Of a stretch of DNA of 64,000 bases, positions 18,931 through 35,757 are shown piece by piece (within the stretch, counting starts at the first letter, position 1; every line of letters starts with the position of its first letter). Origin of the DNA: Blastocystis sp. Blastoise (lineage: Eukaryota > Protista > Bigyra: Opalinata); NCBI GenBank assembly GCA_039096225.1, contig JBBPEB010000025.1:620001-684000 (forward strand), given 5' to 3'. The position numbers were made by a program, and so were the translations under genes. The notes below the pieces were generated by a model. The model did no database searches. It had not been told where the DNA came from and saw only the letters and a program-made list of their open reading frames with translations.

Positions 18931-21900
18931 ATGGAGTATACGACTGGCATAGACAATCATAGAGCCATACATATTACTGATAAGGTGGATATTCGAAGAT
19001 ATCCTCACATGAAGGCTGATCCTGAACCAACGACTCTTGGTAAGAATTTTAGAGAGGCTGCTAAAAAGTATAATGATTATCCTGCTATTGTGAATAAGGA
19101 CGGAAAGAGTATAAGTTATACTGAATACTACAATACATCTGTTAAAGTAGCCAAATCTCTTATTAGTTTTGGTCTTCAAAGAAAAGATTGTATTAGTGTT
19201 ATTGGTTTTAATTCAGAAGAGTATTTCTTTTCTCTTTATGGTTCTTGGATTGCTGATGTATGTCCTGCAGGTATTTATACAACTAATAATCCTGATGCTT
19301 GTTATTATGTATTAAATCATTGTAACGCACAAATTTGTGTTTGTCAAGGAGGTAAACAAGCAGCTAAAATAGCTTCTTTACGTGAGAGACTCCCTAATTT
19401 AAAGGCCATTGTTGTGTATGTTTTTTATTTTTTATTTTTAGATTTTTTTGTTATTTTTTAATATTATTAATTAATTATATATAGATATTGGCCTGATGAA
19501 GGTGTTCCTGATGTTTTAGATATTGAAGGAGTATTATATATATACATATTATTTATGTTTATTATAATGATACTTTATAGTTAGCTAAAGTATATACTTG
19601 GGATCAATTCCTTACTTTAGGAGAAGGTATAGAAGATAATATTATTGATGACCGTATAAATGGATGTGAACCAGGTACTTGTGCTACTCTTATTTACACA
19701 TCAGGAACTACTGTATATATAGTCTTATTATTATATTTATTATTATATTTTATTATTATATTTATTCATTATATTTTATTATTATATTTATTATTATATT
19801 TTATTATTATATTTTATTATTATATTTTATTATTATATTTATTATTATATTTATTATTATATTTATTCACTAAATTTACTTTACTTTTTTTTGTATAATT
19901 ATGTTGTATACAATATCTTCTATGAATTCTATTTATTTTACTATATTATTCTATATAAAGGGTGAGCCTAAAGCTGTTATGCTTAGTCATGATAATTGTA
20001 CTTGTAATACTAGTGCTATGGTCCCTCATCTTCCTCTTGTTGATGGAGATATCATGGTGTCATATCTTCCTTTGAATCATGTTGCAGGTCAATATGTCGA
20101 TGTCATGCTAAGTTCTGCTGTTAAACTCACTATTTATATTGGTATATACTTAACTATTGTCATTATTCTAATATATATTCATTCAGATATTCATATTAAT
20201 ATTTATTTGTTTAAACATTTATAAATATTATTATTATTATTATTATTATTATATTTATTATTATTATTATTATATTTATTATTATTATTATTATTATATT
20301 TATTATTATTATTATTATTATTTTTATATTGCGGATCCTATGGCTTTAAAAGGAACGTTAGTCAATACATTACATCGCGCTCATCCTACTATATTTATGG
20401 GGGTACCTCGTGTATTTGAAAAGATGATGGAAGCTATTAAAGGAAATCTTGCGAAGAAAGGAGTATATAAATATATATATAATGATTATTCTTATTAACT
20501 ATAGACTATACTTTAATTAGATTCATTTTATTATTTTGGTTTCTGAATATAATATATATTTATAGTCTATTGTTCAATTCTTAATGAAACATGCTCGTGA
20601 AACAGCTAGTAAATGCTGTCTTTCTCAACAATTTGGAGAAACCAAACAATCTTCAATAATGATGCCTTTATATAATGTATTATTTAAACAAATCAAGAAA
20701 GCTTTAGGTTGGGATAAGTATATTATATATATATATATATATATGTTTTTTATTTTGTTAATTCTTATATACTATTATTCAATATATGTTCTTTTAGCTA
20801 ATTTTAAACTATTCTATGTATATATAGTGTTCGTGTTTTATATGCTTCTGCTGCTCCTATTTCTGTTGAAGTCATAAAGTTCTTCGCTTCCTTCAACTTA
20901 CCTATTTATGATCTCTTAGGTCAATCTGAAGGAACTGCTCCTATTGCTCTTAATCTATGTAATGGAATATGGAAGGTATATTATTATATTTATTTTTATA
21001 TTGTTTATTATTTTTTTTATTATTTTTTTTATTATTATTTTTATTATTAATCTTATTATGTTTATTTTTAAATGTTTATTATGTTTATTTTTAAATGTTT
21101 ATTATTTTTTTTATTATTATTTTTATTATTATTATAACAGTTCAATAATCTGAAAAATACATAGTATCTAATGATATATCTATATAGATAGGATCTTGTG
21201 GTCAAGCAGTAGCTGTTGATGAATTCCGTATTGATGATAATCAAGAATTAATATATAGAGGTAGAAACACTATGATGGGTTATTTAAAACTATTATTATA
21301 TGAATATTATTATTCATTTTTTTTTTTTTTTTTTTATTATTCATTTTTTTATTGTATTATTTTATTCTCATCTATAATATAATACTTTATATACGAATTA
21401 GTATTGATTATATACATAAATATCCAATAGTTACAACTATATATGTATAGTTATTTAAAGGATATTGAGGAGACAAAGCATACTATAGATGAAGAAGGAT
21501 GGATACATAGTGGAGATATGGGTAGAATTGATGTGAATGGATTTATATTTATTACTGGACGTCTGAAGGAACTTATTGTTACTGCTGGTGGTGAGAATAT
21601 TCCTCCTGTGTATATAGAAGATATTATACTTAGTTTATGTCCTTATTTATCAACAGTTGTAGTTGTTGGTGATAAACGTAAGTATTTATCTTGTGTCTTA
21701 TCTTTAAAGACGGAGATGAATGCTTCAGGGGATCCTACAGAGAAATTAGCATCATCTGTTATAGAAAAAGGAAAAGAATTAGGTTCAACTGCTACTACTA
21801 CTATAGAAGCTGAACATGATCCTTTATGGGCTGATTATATTGAAAGTATTATTCAAGAATATAATACTAAGAAATCCATTTCAAATGCTCAACATATTCG

Positions 21901-22027
21901 ACGTTGGTGTTTCTTAGAACATGATATTTCTGTTTCTAGAGGTGAATTAACTGCTACTATGAAATTACGTAGAAATGTTGTTCAAGAACATTATAAAACA
22001 CTTATTGATTCTATGTATACTGAATAA
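18931..22027 (+). CDS. Long-chain fatty acyl-CoA ligase, ACSBG (bubblegum) type
   Basis: GFNSEEYF, AGIYTTN, IYTSGTT|GEPKAVMLSHDN, SYLPLNHVAGQ, GVPRVFEKM, GWIHSGDMG, ITGRLKELIVTAGGENIPP and GELTATMKLRR. Confidence 0.93.
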
Positions 22028-22711
22028 ATTTAATATACTTTATATCTATATTGTTACTATTTTATTACCATTAAAATAGCTTTCTCTTATTCTATTGAAT
22101 TATTTAGTTTATCTTATTTCTTTTTATTCTTTCATTTCAACGTTTAATATGCTATTGTTTTCTTTATGAACAGAATTTTTAGTGCATTGTTATCTTTTTA
22201 TAATACGAAAAAAATATTAGTAACTAATATACTGTTTTTACTTAATTCATAAGGAATTATTTATGTTACGGTAATATATATTCTATTTTATTAATGATTT
22301 GATACAAACTACTTTCAATTTTAATAAATAAATATATTTTTGTGAAATTATTTATCATTTTAGCATTACTGAGAGATCCTAGATCCGTAATTATAATCGT
22401 AAATTTGTGTAATAAAAATAGTAGAGATAGAAATTAATTGTAAACAACTTTAGAACTATATAAATTATCTTTTCAAAAGTAAGCGTCGACAAGCAGATTC
22501 TATAGAATCTCAAACAAATGAATCCATGGACAAACAAGCGTAAATTATAAAACAGAATAATAAAAAAAACTTTCCTTATATCCATATGATGACAGATTTA
22601 GAAAATTCAGTGTTTTTCCTCTAAAAATTGCGATTAATTTCTTTTTGATTAAATTATTATTAGCTAAACAATATTATTTTTATCATTTTGATTTCATATT
22701 TCTGATAAATT

Positions 22712-24901
<2,190 letters not shown>

Positions 24902-25419
24902 TGGGTTATTATGGTTTTTTAGATACCTTTTTTTATTTATACTTTTAGTGCTTCGATTCATTTGTATTATTATTATTATTCTTGATTTTCTAAGTTACTG
25001 TGAATCTCATAGCTGTTCTTGTGTTCCTTTTTATACTTTCTCCATGTTTCTTTTCTCTGTTCTTTTTATCTTTTATTTAATCCCTAAAACATAAAATCTT
25101 TCTTAGTTCTAAATAAACCTTTATATATTATTATTCATGAGTATATTCATTTGCACAAATAATAAAAATGAAATAGAAGACAGTAACAAATAAAAAAGAA
25201 TAAGAAAAAGAGTAGGTAATTACCGACAAAAACGGGGAAACTCTTTGAATTCTCTAGAACAAAAGGAATAATCACGGAGAAAACTCAAACCACAAATTCG
25301 TAAAAAGAATAAACTGTGGGTTATAACCATTCAACCAAAGAAAAGAGCTTTGTTTATTTGGATTTAAACATATATTCTTGTTGATACATTCATATTTAAT
25401 ATATTGATTCCATTATATA

Positions 25420-27624
25420 ATGAATACCAATTATAACTTCAAGAATATGACTCACGTACCTAATGGTACTGAGATGGTCGATATTGTTCTTTCTAGAACC
25501 CAAAGAAAGACACCTACCGTCATCCACCCTGGTTATAAGATTAAGAGAATTCAAGCTTTCTACATGAGAAAGGTGAAGTATACTCAATCTACTTGTATTG
25601 AAAAATTACAACTTATCATTGATGAGTTCCCTCATTTAGATGATATTCATCCTTTCTATGCTGATCTTATTAACGTTCTCTATGATCGTGATCATTATAA
25701 ACTAGCTCTGGGTCAAATTAACACCGCTAAAGGTGTTATTACCCAAATTGGTCAAGATTATGTCCGTTTACTTAAATATGGTGATACATTATACAGATGC
25801 AAGCAATTAAAACATGCTGGTCTTGGTAGGTATGTGTTATTTTTATTTTAATGGCTTTATTTTTAATATAATTATATTTGTTATTATATGATTTAATTAT
25901 ATATATATATATAGAATGTGTACTGTTTTAAAGAAGTTGAATAGTTCTTTATGTTATTTGGAAGAAGTTCGTAAACATTTAAGTCGTTTACCTGCTATTG
26001 ATCCTAAATCACGTACTTTAATTCTTTGTGGTTTCCCTAATGTAGGTAAAAGTAGTTTTATGAATACAGTTACTAGAGCTAATGTTGATGTTCAACCGTA
26101 TGTTTATTTATTATATTTATTTTTTTGTTATTTATTATTTATATTTTTTTGTTATTTATTATTTATTTTTTTATTTTATTAATAATAATAGTTATTATAT
26201 ATATATATATATATAGTTATGCTTTCACTACAAAGAGTTTGTTCTTAGGTCATATGGATTATAAGTACTTAAGATGGCAAGTTATTGATACTCCCGGTAT
26301 TCTTGATCATGCTCTTGAAGAAAGAAATACAATTGAAATGCAATCTATTACTGCTTTAGCTCATCTTCATTCTTCTATATTATATTTCTTAGATATTTCC
26401 GAACAATGTAATTATACTCTTGAAGATCAACTTTCTTTATTCCGTAATATTCGTCCTTTATTCTCTGGCAAGCCTTTATTCCTTGTATGTACTAAGACTG
26501 ATGCTCTTCGTTTAGATCAATTAGATCCTGAACATAGAGCTATGGTCGAACAAGCAGCTAAAGACACTGAAGCCACTCTTATGCATATCAGTTCTCTTAA
26601 ACAAGAAGGTATATCAGATTTACGTAATGCTGCCTGTGAACAGTTATTACAATTACGTATAAGTACAAAGATGAGTTCTAAGAAGGCTAAGACTGTTATG
26701 GAAATGTTGAATGTAACCATGCCTCAGAAACGTGATGATGTTGAACGACCTGCATATATACCTGAAAGTGTAAAGATATTACGTGAACAAAATGCTCAAA
26801 CTAAGACTGTGGTGAATACAGGTAGAACAGGTAGAGATGAACAAAAAGATATGGAAGAAGAAAGAGATGCTAGTGGTGTTGAAAGAAGAAAAACACAAAA
26901 GGAAATCCAATGGGAATATGGCGGGTATATTATTATATTTATATTTATTATTATTATTATTATGTTTATTATTAGATTTGTATTTATTATATATATATAT
27001 ATTATTATTATTATATATATTATAATATACATAGTCCTGGTGTATATGCTATGGACTTCGCTGAGCATTATAAGGGTATGCTTCGAAATGATGAATGGAT
27101 TCATGATATTATACCTGATATTATGGATGGACACAATATCGCCGATTTCTATGATCCTAATATTGAACAAAAATTAGCTGAATTAGAGAAGGAAGAATTA
27201 GAGTTATCTGCTTTAGATGGTATTGAAACAGAAGCTCCTCTTACTGAATTAGATCAATGGATATTAGAAACTTCAAAGAAAATTAGAGATAAGAAAACAA
27301 TCTTACAACATAGAGCTGAACGTAGTGGTGATTTGAATAGACCTAAAATACCTCTTAAATATAGAAAACGAACTGTTGAAGAGCTTCGTGAACAATTGGA
27401 AGATGTTGGTTTAGAAACAGAAGGTATCACAAAGAATATTCCTGTAAAACGTTCTTATACTGATGAATCTATTGATAGAGATCCTGAAGAATTAAAGAAG
27501 AAATTAAGTCACGACCAAAAACCTGCTTCTGATCTTGCTGGTATTCGTGATGATGCTACACATAAGAAGGTTAAGGCTAAATTACATCTTGCTCAAAGAA
27601 CATTCGATGGTAAACAAGCTGAAG

Positions 27625-27655
<31 letters not shown>

Positions 27656-27774
27656 TAATCTATAAAACATAATATATATATCTATATAAATAGTCTGATC
27701 GTTTTATTGGTACAAAGATGCCCAAATATTTATATTCAGGTAAACGTGGTATTGGTAAGACAGATAGAAGATAA
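25420..27774 (+). CDS. NOG1: Nucleolar GTP-binding protein 1
   Basis: [25 protein letters not shown]|[16 protein letters not shown] and the C-terminal [18 protein letters not shown]. Four GT-AG introns. Confidence 0.97.
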
Positions 27775-28082
27775 ATATGTAGAAATATTCATATACGATC
27801 TTTGTTTCTATATATATATATATTAAATGTATTCTTTCATTCTACAATCTACATATAGTATTATATATCAGCTTCTTTTTTTTTCTTTTTTCAGAATTTA
27901 ATGTTGTTTTATGTTGTCATAGTATTGATATGTTCTTCTTTATTTAATCTGTTATTTGTTCTCTGTATTTTGTAATCATTGTCTTTGGTTTTGTTGTTAT
28001 TCATTATCTATTTATATACTCAAAAAGAATTATTATAAAGACAACAATAAAAAAAAATATGTCACAAAATATAACTTTACGA

Positions 28083-28642
28083 TTACAAAAAATCAATATC
28101 GTTATTTAAACTGAATAAAGGAGAAATATTTGATGAAACTTCTGTAGATTGACTCTATAAATAATAATGATAAATTCTTTAAAAAAACAAATACTTTCGA
28201 AGAATCCAATGATTGAAATACTTCTGGTGTTTTTAATTCATTTATTTGATTATGCTGCATTTTTAATTTTATATATGCTTCTTCATCCTATTTATAAATA
28301 AAAATAATAGAAACATATGAATCAGAGAAACAAAATGATACTTTCCGTTTTAATTGTTTCTGTAATTCAGATCTTTCTATTGTTTCCATCTTTGCTTTCA
28401 AAAACAAGTCTGAAATTATTTCTTTATCATCAATTATATCGTCACATTTGTCTAAAAGTATTTTCTTTAAATATAAATCATGCATATATACCTTCACAAT
28501 CACTATCTTCAAGGAATATCATATCTTCCCAAGAACTATGAAGCTTTATTTCTCCATCTTCATAGGTAGTTGAATATACCAATTCTGTTTATAAAATCAT
28601 TACATAGGGTAATCAACATAATAAATAGAATTTACGTGTCAT
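28083..28642 (-). CDS. Small hypothetical acidic/coiled-coil protein
   Basis: Five exons join in frame through short GT-AG introns. No recognisable domain. Confidence 0.55.
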
Positions 28643-29404
28643 TTATCTTCTAAATGGTGTTATTAATACATAAAAATGAGAAATTATTTTTAAAGAAAGA
28701 ATTCATTTTTTTTTACCTTATCATATTTTTAAGAAACAGTTATGTTTAAATAATATATTAAAAATCAGTGTTATAAACTTGAAAGGCTTTATATTATAAA
28801 CACTACTGATTAATAATAGTTCTGATTATTTCAATAGTACTTTTTCAATTAGATTCACAAGAGTTTGTTTTGTTGTAATAATACAATGAAAATCATTCAA
28901 TAAAAATATAATTAAAACTTTTCTTTTAATAATTTTATTAAAATTTATTCTAGTATTCACACAAAAATGACAAATGAAATGAAAAATTATGTAGTTCAGT
29001 GATATGAAATATCATACATTATGCTGTTAATCGAGCTTTTATGTTTCAGGATAACCGATAAAGTCTATCTCTTGAAAAAGAGACTGTTTTAGGCTAATGT
29101 TTTCAAATTAATCTTTCATTATTTTTCTTTTGGACAATGAATCAATATGTTACAAATATATGAAGAGCATTATTTATATATTTGAATCAATAAAAATAAT
29201 TATTGTTTAAATAAGCAGATCTAATGTAAACAACAATTCAAAAGCCTTCATAGAAAAGTCCATAGAAGAATCAAGAGAATTCGAAAAGTTCACAGAAACG
29301 AAAAAGTACTTTTCGTCTAATACACGTCTAGAATCAACTATTGATTCTTTTTTATATACTTAGATTGACTACATCGAAAAACTCTCTATCATATACAAAG
29401 ATCG

Positions 29405-30285
29405 ATGAGTGCCGAACAACCTAAAGAAATACCTAATTATACAAAAGAGGTAACACTAAATAAAATTAAGGAGATGGTAGAATTCATGGAATTCTCTGTC
29501 AAACAAGATACTGCTTGTCGTGGAACTGTATATCACATATACATAATCTTCATTTATTTCTTGTTTTAGTTTATCTGGAACTTAATAACAAAAGATAATG
29601 AAAATATACCTTTCTGTGTGACTATCTCTGAAGAAGATGGAAAAGTAAAAGGTATTTAGTTTATTAATTTGTTTTCATTTCTTGTTAGCAAAGGGATATG
29701 TTGATCAAAACACAAATGGTGATGTTATTATAGATGTATCTTCAGATGATTTTTTTGCTGTTTATAATGGTGATATTGGTGCTGCACAATTAGCATCTTA
29801 TATTTTAAGTGGTCGAATTTATGTCCGTAGATTCAAATATAAACAAGTGAGTGTTTTTGCAAACTCTTTTGAATTCACTTCAGAAAAATGGGTTGAATTT
29901 TATGCAATGAAAAAGAAACAAGAAGGAGGTGAAACAGTATGTTTTTTTTTTATTATTTTAGTTTTCGAATATATTTTTTTTAATATTTTTTGTTTTTATA
30001 TGTTTATATATATAGGAATCAGAATCAGATCATATTGAAGAAATTAATGCTGTATATACACTTTATTTACTACATATATATATTATAAATATATTATAGG
30101 ATATTAAACCATTAGAAAATGATGAAAAAGTTAAAGAATTAGCAGAAGTATATATATATATATGTATTTGGGTATTTTATTTATTCATATAGAAATATCG
30201 TACTATGATGGGTGGTAATATAATCACGGGAATGTCGACAGTAGCGTCATTATTCACCTATTTAACTAATGAATGTATTTATAGA

Positions 30286-30362
<77 letters not shown>

Positions 30363-31995
30363 GCTGCAGATAAAATCAAGATGGATACTTGCATGAAGTA
30401 TATATAATATATATATATATATTCGTTTATATATAGTATTTATAAGACTACATCCCAAAGTTTATTATCAAATAACGAGAATGCAACTCTATTAGAATTA
30501 TCTTCACCTATTCCTTCTCCTCTTCCTCCTCTCTCTCCTCTTTCGACTTATTCCTATTCTTCGTCTTTACCTAATGAATCGAATTATTATAATGATGTTA
30601 TTATTAAAGATACTAATGAAAGAGGTACACATGAAACACAACTAGATTCTCCTGTTTCCACTGTGTCACATGGATCTCTATTGAGAGATAGTATTTCACT
30701 TCCTAAAACCTTATTGGATGATCACACATCAGGATTTCATTCAACATCTCTTCTATCAAAATATGGAGTATACTATAGATTTATATAGTATTATTATTAT
30801 CATGTTTATTATTATACTTATAATAATAATAATATTATTATTATAAGAATTATATTTATGTATTATTATTATAATAATTATACTTATTAATTATTATTAT
30901 AATAATTATACTTATAATTATATTATTATCCATGATATATTTTATATGAAATATATATATATAGAAATCGTTGATACCTGCTTCAGTGATTCACCCTCTA
31001 GATACGAATGTAGTTACTAGTACTATCTTTGATGGTCTCTATACTAATATTCAGCAAGAGAAAGATCGTCAGAAACAGGCTGAATTGACTCGTCTTCAAC
31101 AAGAAAGTCATAAGAAAGAAGAAGAAGAAGAATTATCAGCCTATATATCACCTAAACAGTATGATGAAGATTATTATGACAGGAGACAAAGTAGCATTGA
31201 TATTGATATTGATATCGATAAAGTAGATGAAGAAGGAAAGAATGGATTATTCGAGAAATATAGTTATGATTTTCAACCAATTAAAAATATTCGAAAACAT
31301 AATACGAATTATTTTCCTTCTGTATGTGTGAATGTTCTATTTATTCATTATTATATATATTATTATTTATTATTATTCTATTTATTATTCTATTTATTAT
31401 TCTATTTATTATTCTATTTATTATTTTATTTATTATTTTATTTATTATTTTATTTATTATTTTATTTATTATTCTATTTATTACTTTATTTATTATTTTA
31501 TTTATTCTTATATAGTTATTTCAAGCACTTTTTCAGAGTATATGCACTTTAGATGGAGAAGGATATACCAATGTATATATATATATATATATTCTATTTT
31601 TCTAGAATCCCTTGATGGCCCCTTATGTAAATCCTTATATGAAGAAGGGAACTATTAAAGATAAACATATTCAAAATATTAAAAATAATCTTATTAATAA
31701 TATGCTAATGTCTCAAAATATATTTAACAATCCTGCTTCATATGCATTTACAGATTTTTCTCCTGATACTATATGCGCTAGTAAAGAAATACAGCAAGTA
31801 TTTATATTATTATTATACATATCATTATTTATTTATTATAAAGACTGTGGATGCTATTCAAGATCAAGTGAAAAAACAATTGTATATATATCTAAACAAA
31901 AATTATCTATAAATTTATTTTTTATTACTATATATTATTATAGAGACGTAACTCAAAAGAAATATGATCCAGCTAAACCACCTTATGATTTGTAA
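29405..31995 (+). CDS. Protein with an N-terminal SCP2-like (sterol carrier) domain and a low-complexity C-terminus
   Basis: GDVIIDVSSDDFFAVYNGDIGAAQLASYILSGRIYV resembles the SCP2 C-terminal pattern. Exons splice in frame to TAA at 31993-31995. Confidence 0.6.
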
Positions 31996-32542
31996 TCCTT
32001 AAATCCAATGATTTATACTATAAGTAACAGTTTAGTTCAAGTATTACAGCAATCGTTTCTTTTTTATTTTTTATTTTTAGTTTCTATTTGATTTTCTAGT
32101 ATTTTATAACTGGCACAATGTTGTGCTATTTTTTATGTACTGTATTATTATTATTTAATTAGCATTTCTTTTTCATTTTTTTAATTCTATGTTTAAGTAT
32201 CTTCTTCAATCAGTATAATTTTGTCTTTATTTCTTACAGTGCTTCTTCGCATATCTTATGTATTAATTTCACATATTTTAAATATTTTAATATTTTTTTA
32301 ATGATTCCCACATTATGTTCACGTTACAATCATGTCCATGTCTTACGTTACAACACACGTACTTAAAAGATTTAATATAAGTATATTTTCTTGAGGATTC
32401 TATATTTTTCTTTTAGAAACTAGTTCTCATGAGAAATCACTATTCTTCTAGAGAAAGATCCAAAAATTCCATGAACAGAAATTCTTCCTTATTTTTTCAA
32501 ACATTTTTATTATTGTTATACATTAAGCGTATTGAGAGAAAA

Positions 32543-34743
32543 ATGACGGATGATTATATTGGTATTTTTTATATAGTTTTTAAAGCATTACAAATTGTAT
32601 AGGTTGGTCGGCTGAAGAACTCTATGAAGAGTATGATTCAGTGAATAAAACGTTTCAATCTATGTTTCCTAATGACAAAGACTACAAGGATACCATAGCT
32701 AAGTTGAAGACTCTGTTATACAAATTATCTGATAAAATTCGTAGAGAAAGATTGTTTTCTGATAACGAAGACATATCTGAAATTGACACAGGTATAACTT
32801 ATATCATTATCTATTGATGAAATATTTATTTTAGAGGATTTTAAGTATCTTATGGTTGGATACTATATGGGTGACATCATGCAAAAAGTAAGAGAAACAT
32901 ATATTTGAAATCATCAACAGTTCAATGATAATATTTTTATATACATAGGGTATGGATAATCGTTTGAATAACTTGAAATCTGGTCTTGTTTACCTCGATT
33001 CCTTCCTACATGTTCTTGATTCTTATAAAATATTAAAACCTGCCGATAGTGAAGCTTATCATTTGTATATATATATAATTCATATAAATATATGTTATAT
33101 TACTTATTATTATTATTTTTTCTTATTATTTTTATTGTTTTATCTAGTTTATTAGAGCATGAAAAAGAGCCTCAGGGACTTGCGTTAAGAGATTTAAAAA
33201 TCACAAGAATGAAAAATGATAAAGAAGCCACGACACGTCTCAATGAAATCAAACAAATTCAAGTATATATATATAGTTTTTAACAAATTATTTATGATTA
33301 TGATTATTATTGACTTTTTTACATTTATTTTTATGTATTATATATATATATATAGGAAAAGAAACAGAAAGGTGGAATAGTTGATGAAGATTTAGAACGT
33401 GAAAAGTATTTATTAATGTTACAATCTTGTTCTAGAAAGGCCCTTGATAATATACATATGATTAATGAAGTATATATGTTATTATTATGGCTATTTGTTT
33501 AATATCATTATGTTTATTGTTTATATGTTTAATATTATTGTTTGTTTATTAGTTTTATTGGTTTAATATTATTATGTCTATTTGTTTAATATTATTATGT
33601 TTATTTGTTTTATTATTATTATGTCTATTTGTTTAATATTATTATGTTTATTTGTTTAATATTATTATGTTTATTTGTTTAATATTATGTTTATTTGTTT
33701 AATATTATCTTTTTATGTTTATTATTCTTATTATACTTATTATTACTTTAGTAATACTAAATATATATAGGAAATTCCCTTATTAATTATAAGACAACAA
33801 TTGGAAAAAGGAGAAATAAAAAAAGAAGTCGTAATGCCTGCTCCCCTACCCTCGAAAGGTTTAGAGATTACTCATATTGGTACAGATCTCTCTATTACTA
33901 AAGAAACTATCAAAGCAGGTGTATATATAGGAAAATATTATTTATATTCTTATACTTATTATTAACTTAGTATTCATATTATAATCATTATTTTTTTGAT
34001 ACTTATTATTATTATTATACATATTATTATACATATTATTATTATTATACATATTATTATTATTATACTTATTATCTTGTATATATATTATTATACCTAT
34101 AATTCTTATTATACTTCTATACTCCTTGTTCTTCTTCTTCTTTTATAGGTATTCAAACCATGGTGGGAACTACCTTCTGTGTCTATGGACACATATGCAG
34201 AACAGGAAATACATCATATGAAAGAAGATGAAGAAGCTAGAAAGTATATATATATTCATGATAATCATGGTTATTATCATTATTAATACTAATTTAATGA
34301 TAAGAATCATTATCATAAGAATTCTTGTTTATTAATAGATTTCTAATTCTATAAAGAAGATCATGTAGATATTATTATTATTATTATTATATATAGAAAT
34401 AATCCAGGTCCAGATAAAAAATATAAACAACTTGAAGAAGAAGGATTAGAAGATGACGAAGAACTCGTCGATAAAGCTACTATTCGGTATTTATAATATA
34501 TATTATTCTAATAAATACTATATATATAATATATTAAATATATATATACATAATTCTAATAAATACTATATATAATGTATTATATACATATATATATTAT
34601 TCTAATAAATACTATATATAATGTATTATATACATATATATATTATTCTAATAAATACTATATATATTATATATAGAGAACGTAATTGGGATGATTGGCA
34701 AGATAATCATGCTAAAGGAATTGGTAATACAAAAAGAATATAA
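32543..34743 (+). CDS. TAP42: PP2A regulatory subunit TAP42/IGBP1 (alpha4)
   Basis: LFSDNEDISEIDT|EDFKYL, RDLKITRMK, VFKPWWELPSVSMD and ERNWDDWQDNHAKGIGNTKRI. Confidence 0.9.
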
Positions 34744-35025
34744 ATATAAATATTATTCATTCTTTTATTTGATATAACATTCTATTGTAAATTATATTGT
34801 TTTAATATGATTTTTGTGTAACATAAAATATATAAAAATTAAATAATAATAATGGCTTTATAAAAAGTATAAAAATAAAAAACTAAACAATACAAAACAT
34901 ATAAAAGCAAATACAGCAGAGCTATTGTACTATTTCCCAAAATAAGTGAATACTTATAAATACATAGAATAATCAAATTATCATTTTAAAAATAAACAAA
35001 ATAAAAAGAAAGTAGATATAATTGA

Positions 35026-35648
35026 TTATTGTTGTTTTTCTTCTTCATCACTACTGCTGTCACTATCCATATCATCACCAAAAGCAGCTTGATCTTGATT
35101 ACCATCTAAATTAAAACCATCGTTATCTATATATATATTATTTTTATAGTAAATATATTTAATAAAAAAAAAATTAATTTTTTTAAAATTTAAACAAATA
35201 AAATTAATATATACACATATCAGAGTAATCAAAAGCTTTTTCTTTAGGTTTAGTATCATCATAATCATCACCATCAGAATCAACCCATTTTTCCCAATCA
35301 ATTTGAATATTAGTTTTATAAAGATTCTTCACCTTAGTAAGACGAGGCCAGTTAGTGATTTCTTCCTTCTTTAAACAAATAGAAACAAGTCTGTCTGTCT
35401 TACTCCAAGTAGAATTCTCAGGAAGAATAGAACCAAAGAGTTCGAATTCAATGGCATACTTCTTATCTTCTAATTCACCACTGAAAGAAATCTTAGATTT
35501 CTCAATATCAACTTTAATGTCTTTTCCATCAGAAAAAACTATATTTATATAAACTAATGTTTTACGTTGAGCCCATGTGAGGGTAGGAACCTATAAGTAT
35601 ATATATAGAAGTATAAGTAGAACATCAATATACTAATATAGCAGACAT
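35026..35648 (-). CDS. SBA1: Hsp90 co-chaperone p23/Sba1 (CS domain)
   Basis: PTLTWAQRK, WPRLTK, IQIDWEKWVDSD and an acidic tail. Confidence 0.92.
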
Positions 35649-35732
35649 TTATCTAATAAATCACTAAATTAACAATAAAATAAGTATATAAACTTAAAAG
35701 AAGATTTCTTTCTGTAAAGAACATAGAAAAAC

Positions 35733-35757
35733 AGAAAGTTCTATGAGTTTCCAGAAT
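35733..35757. promoter_or_regulatory. Gap-type heat shock element upstream of p23
   Basis: Phased pentamers aGAAa-gTTCt-atgag-tTTCc-aGAAt, 85-110 bp upstream of the p23 ATG. Confidence 0.6.
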
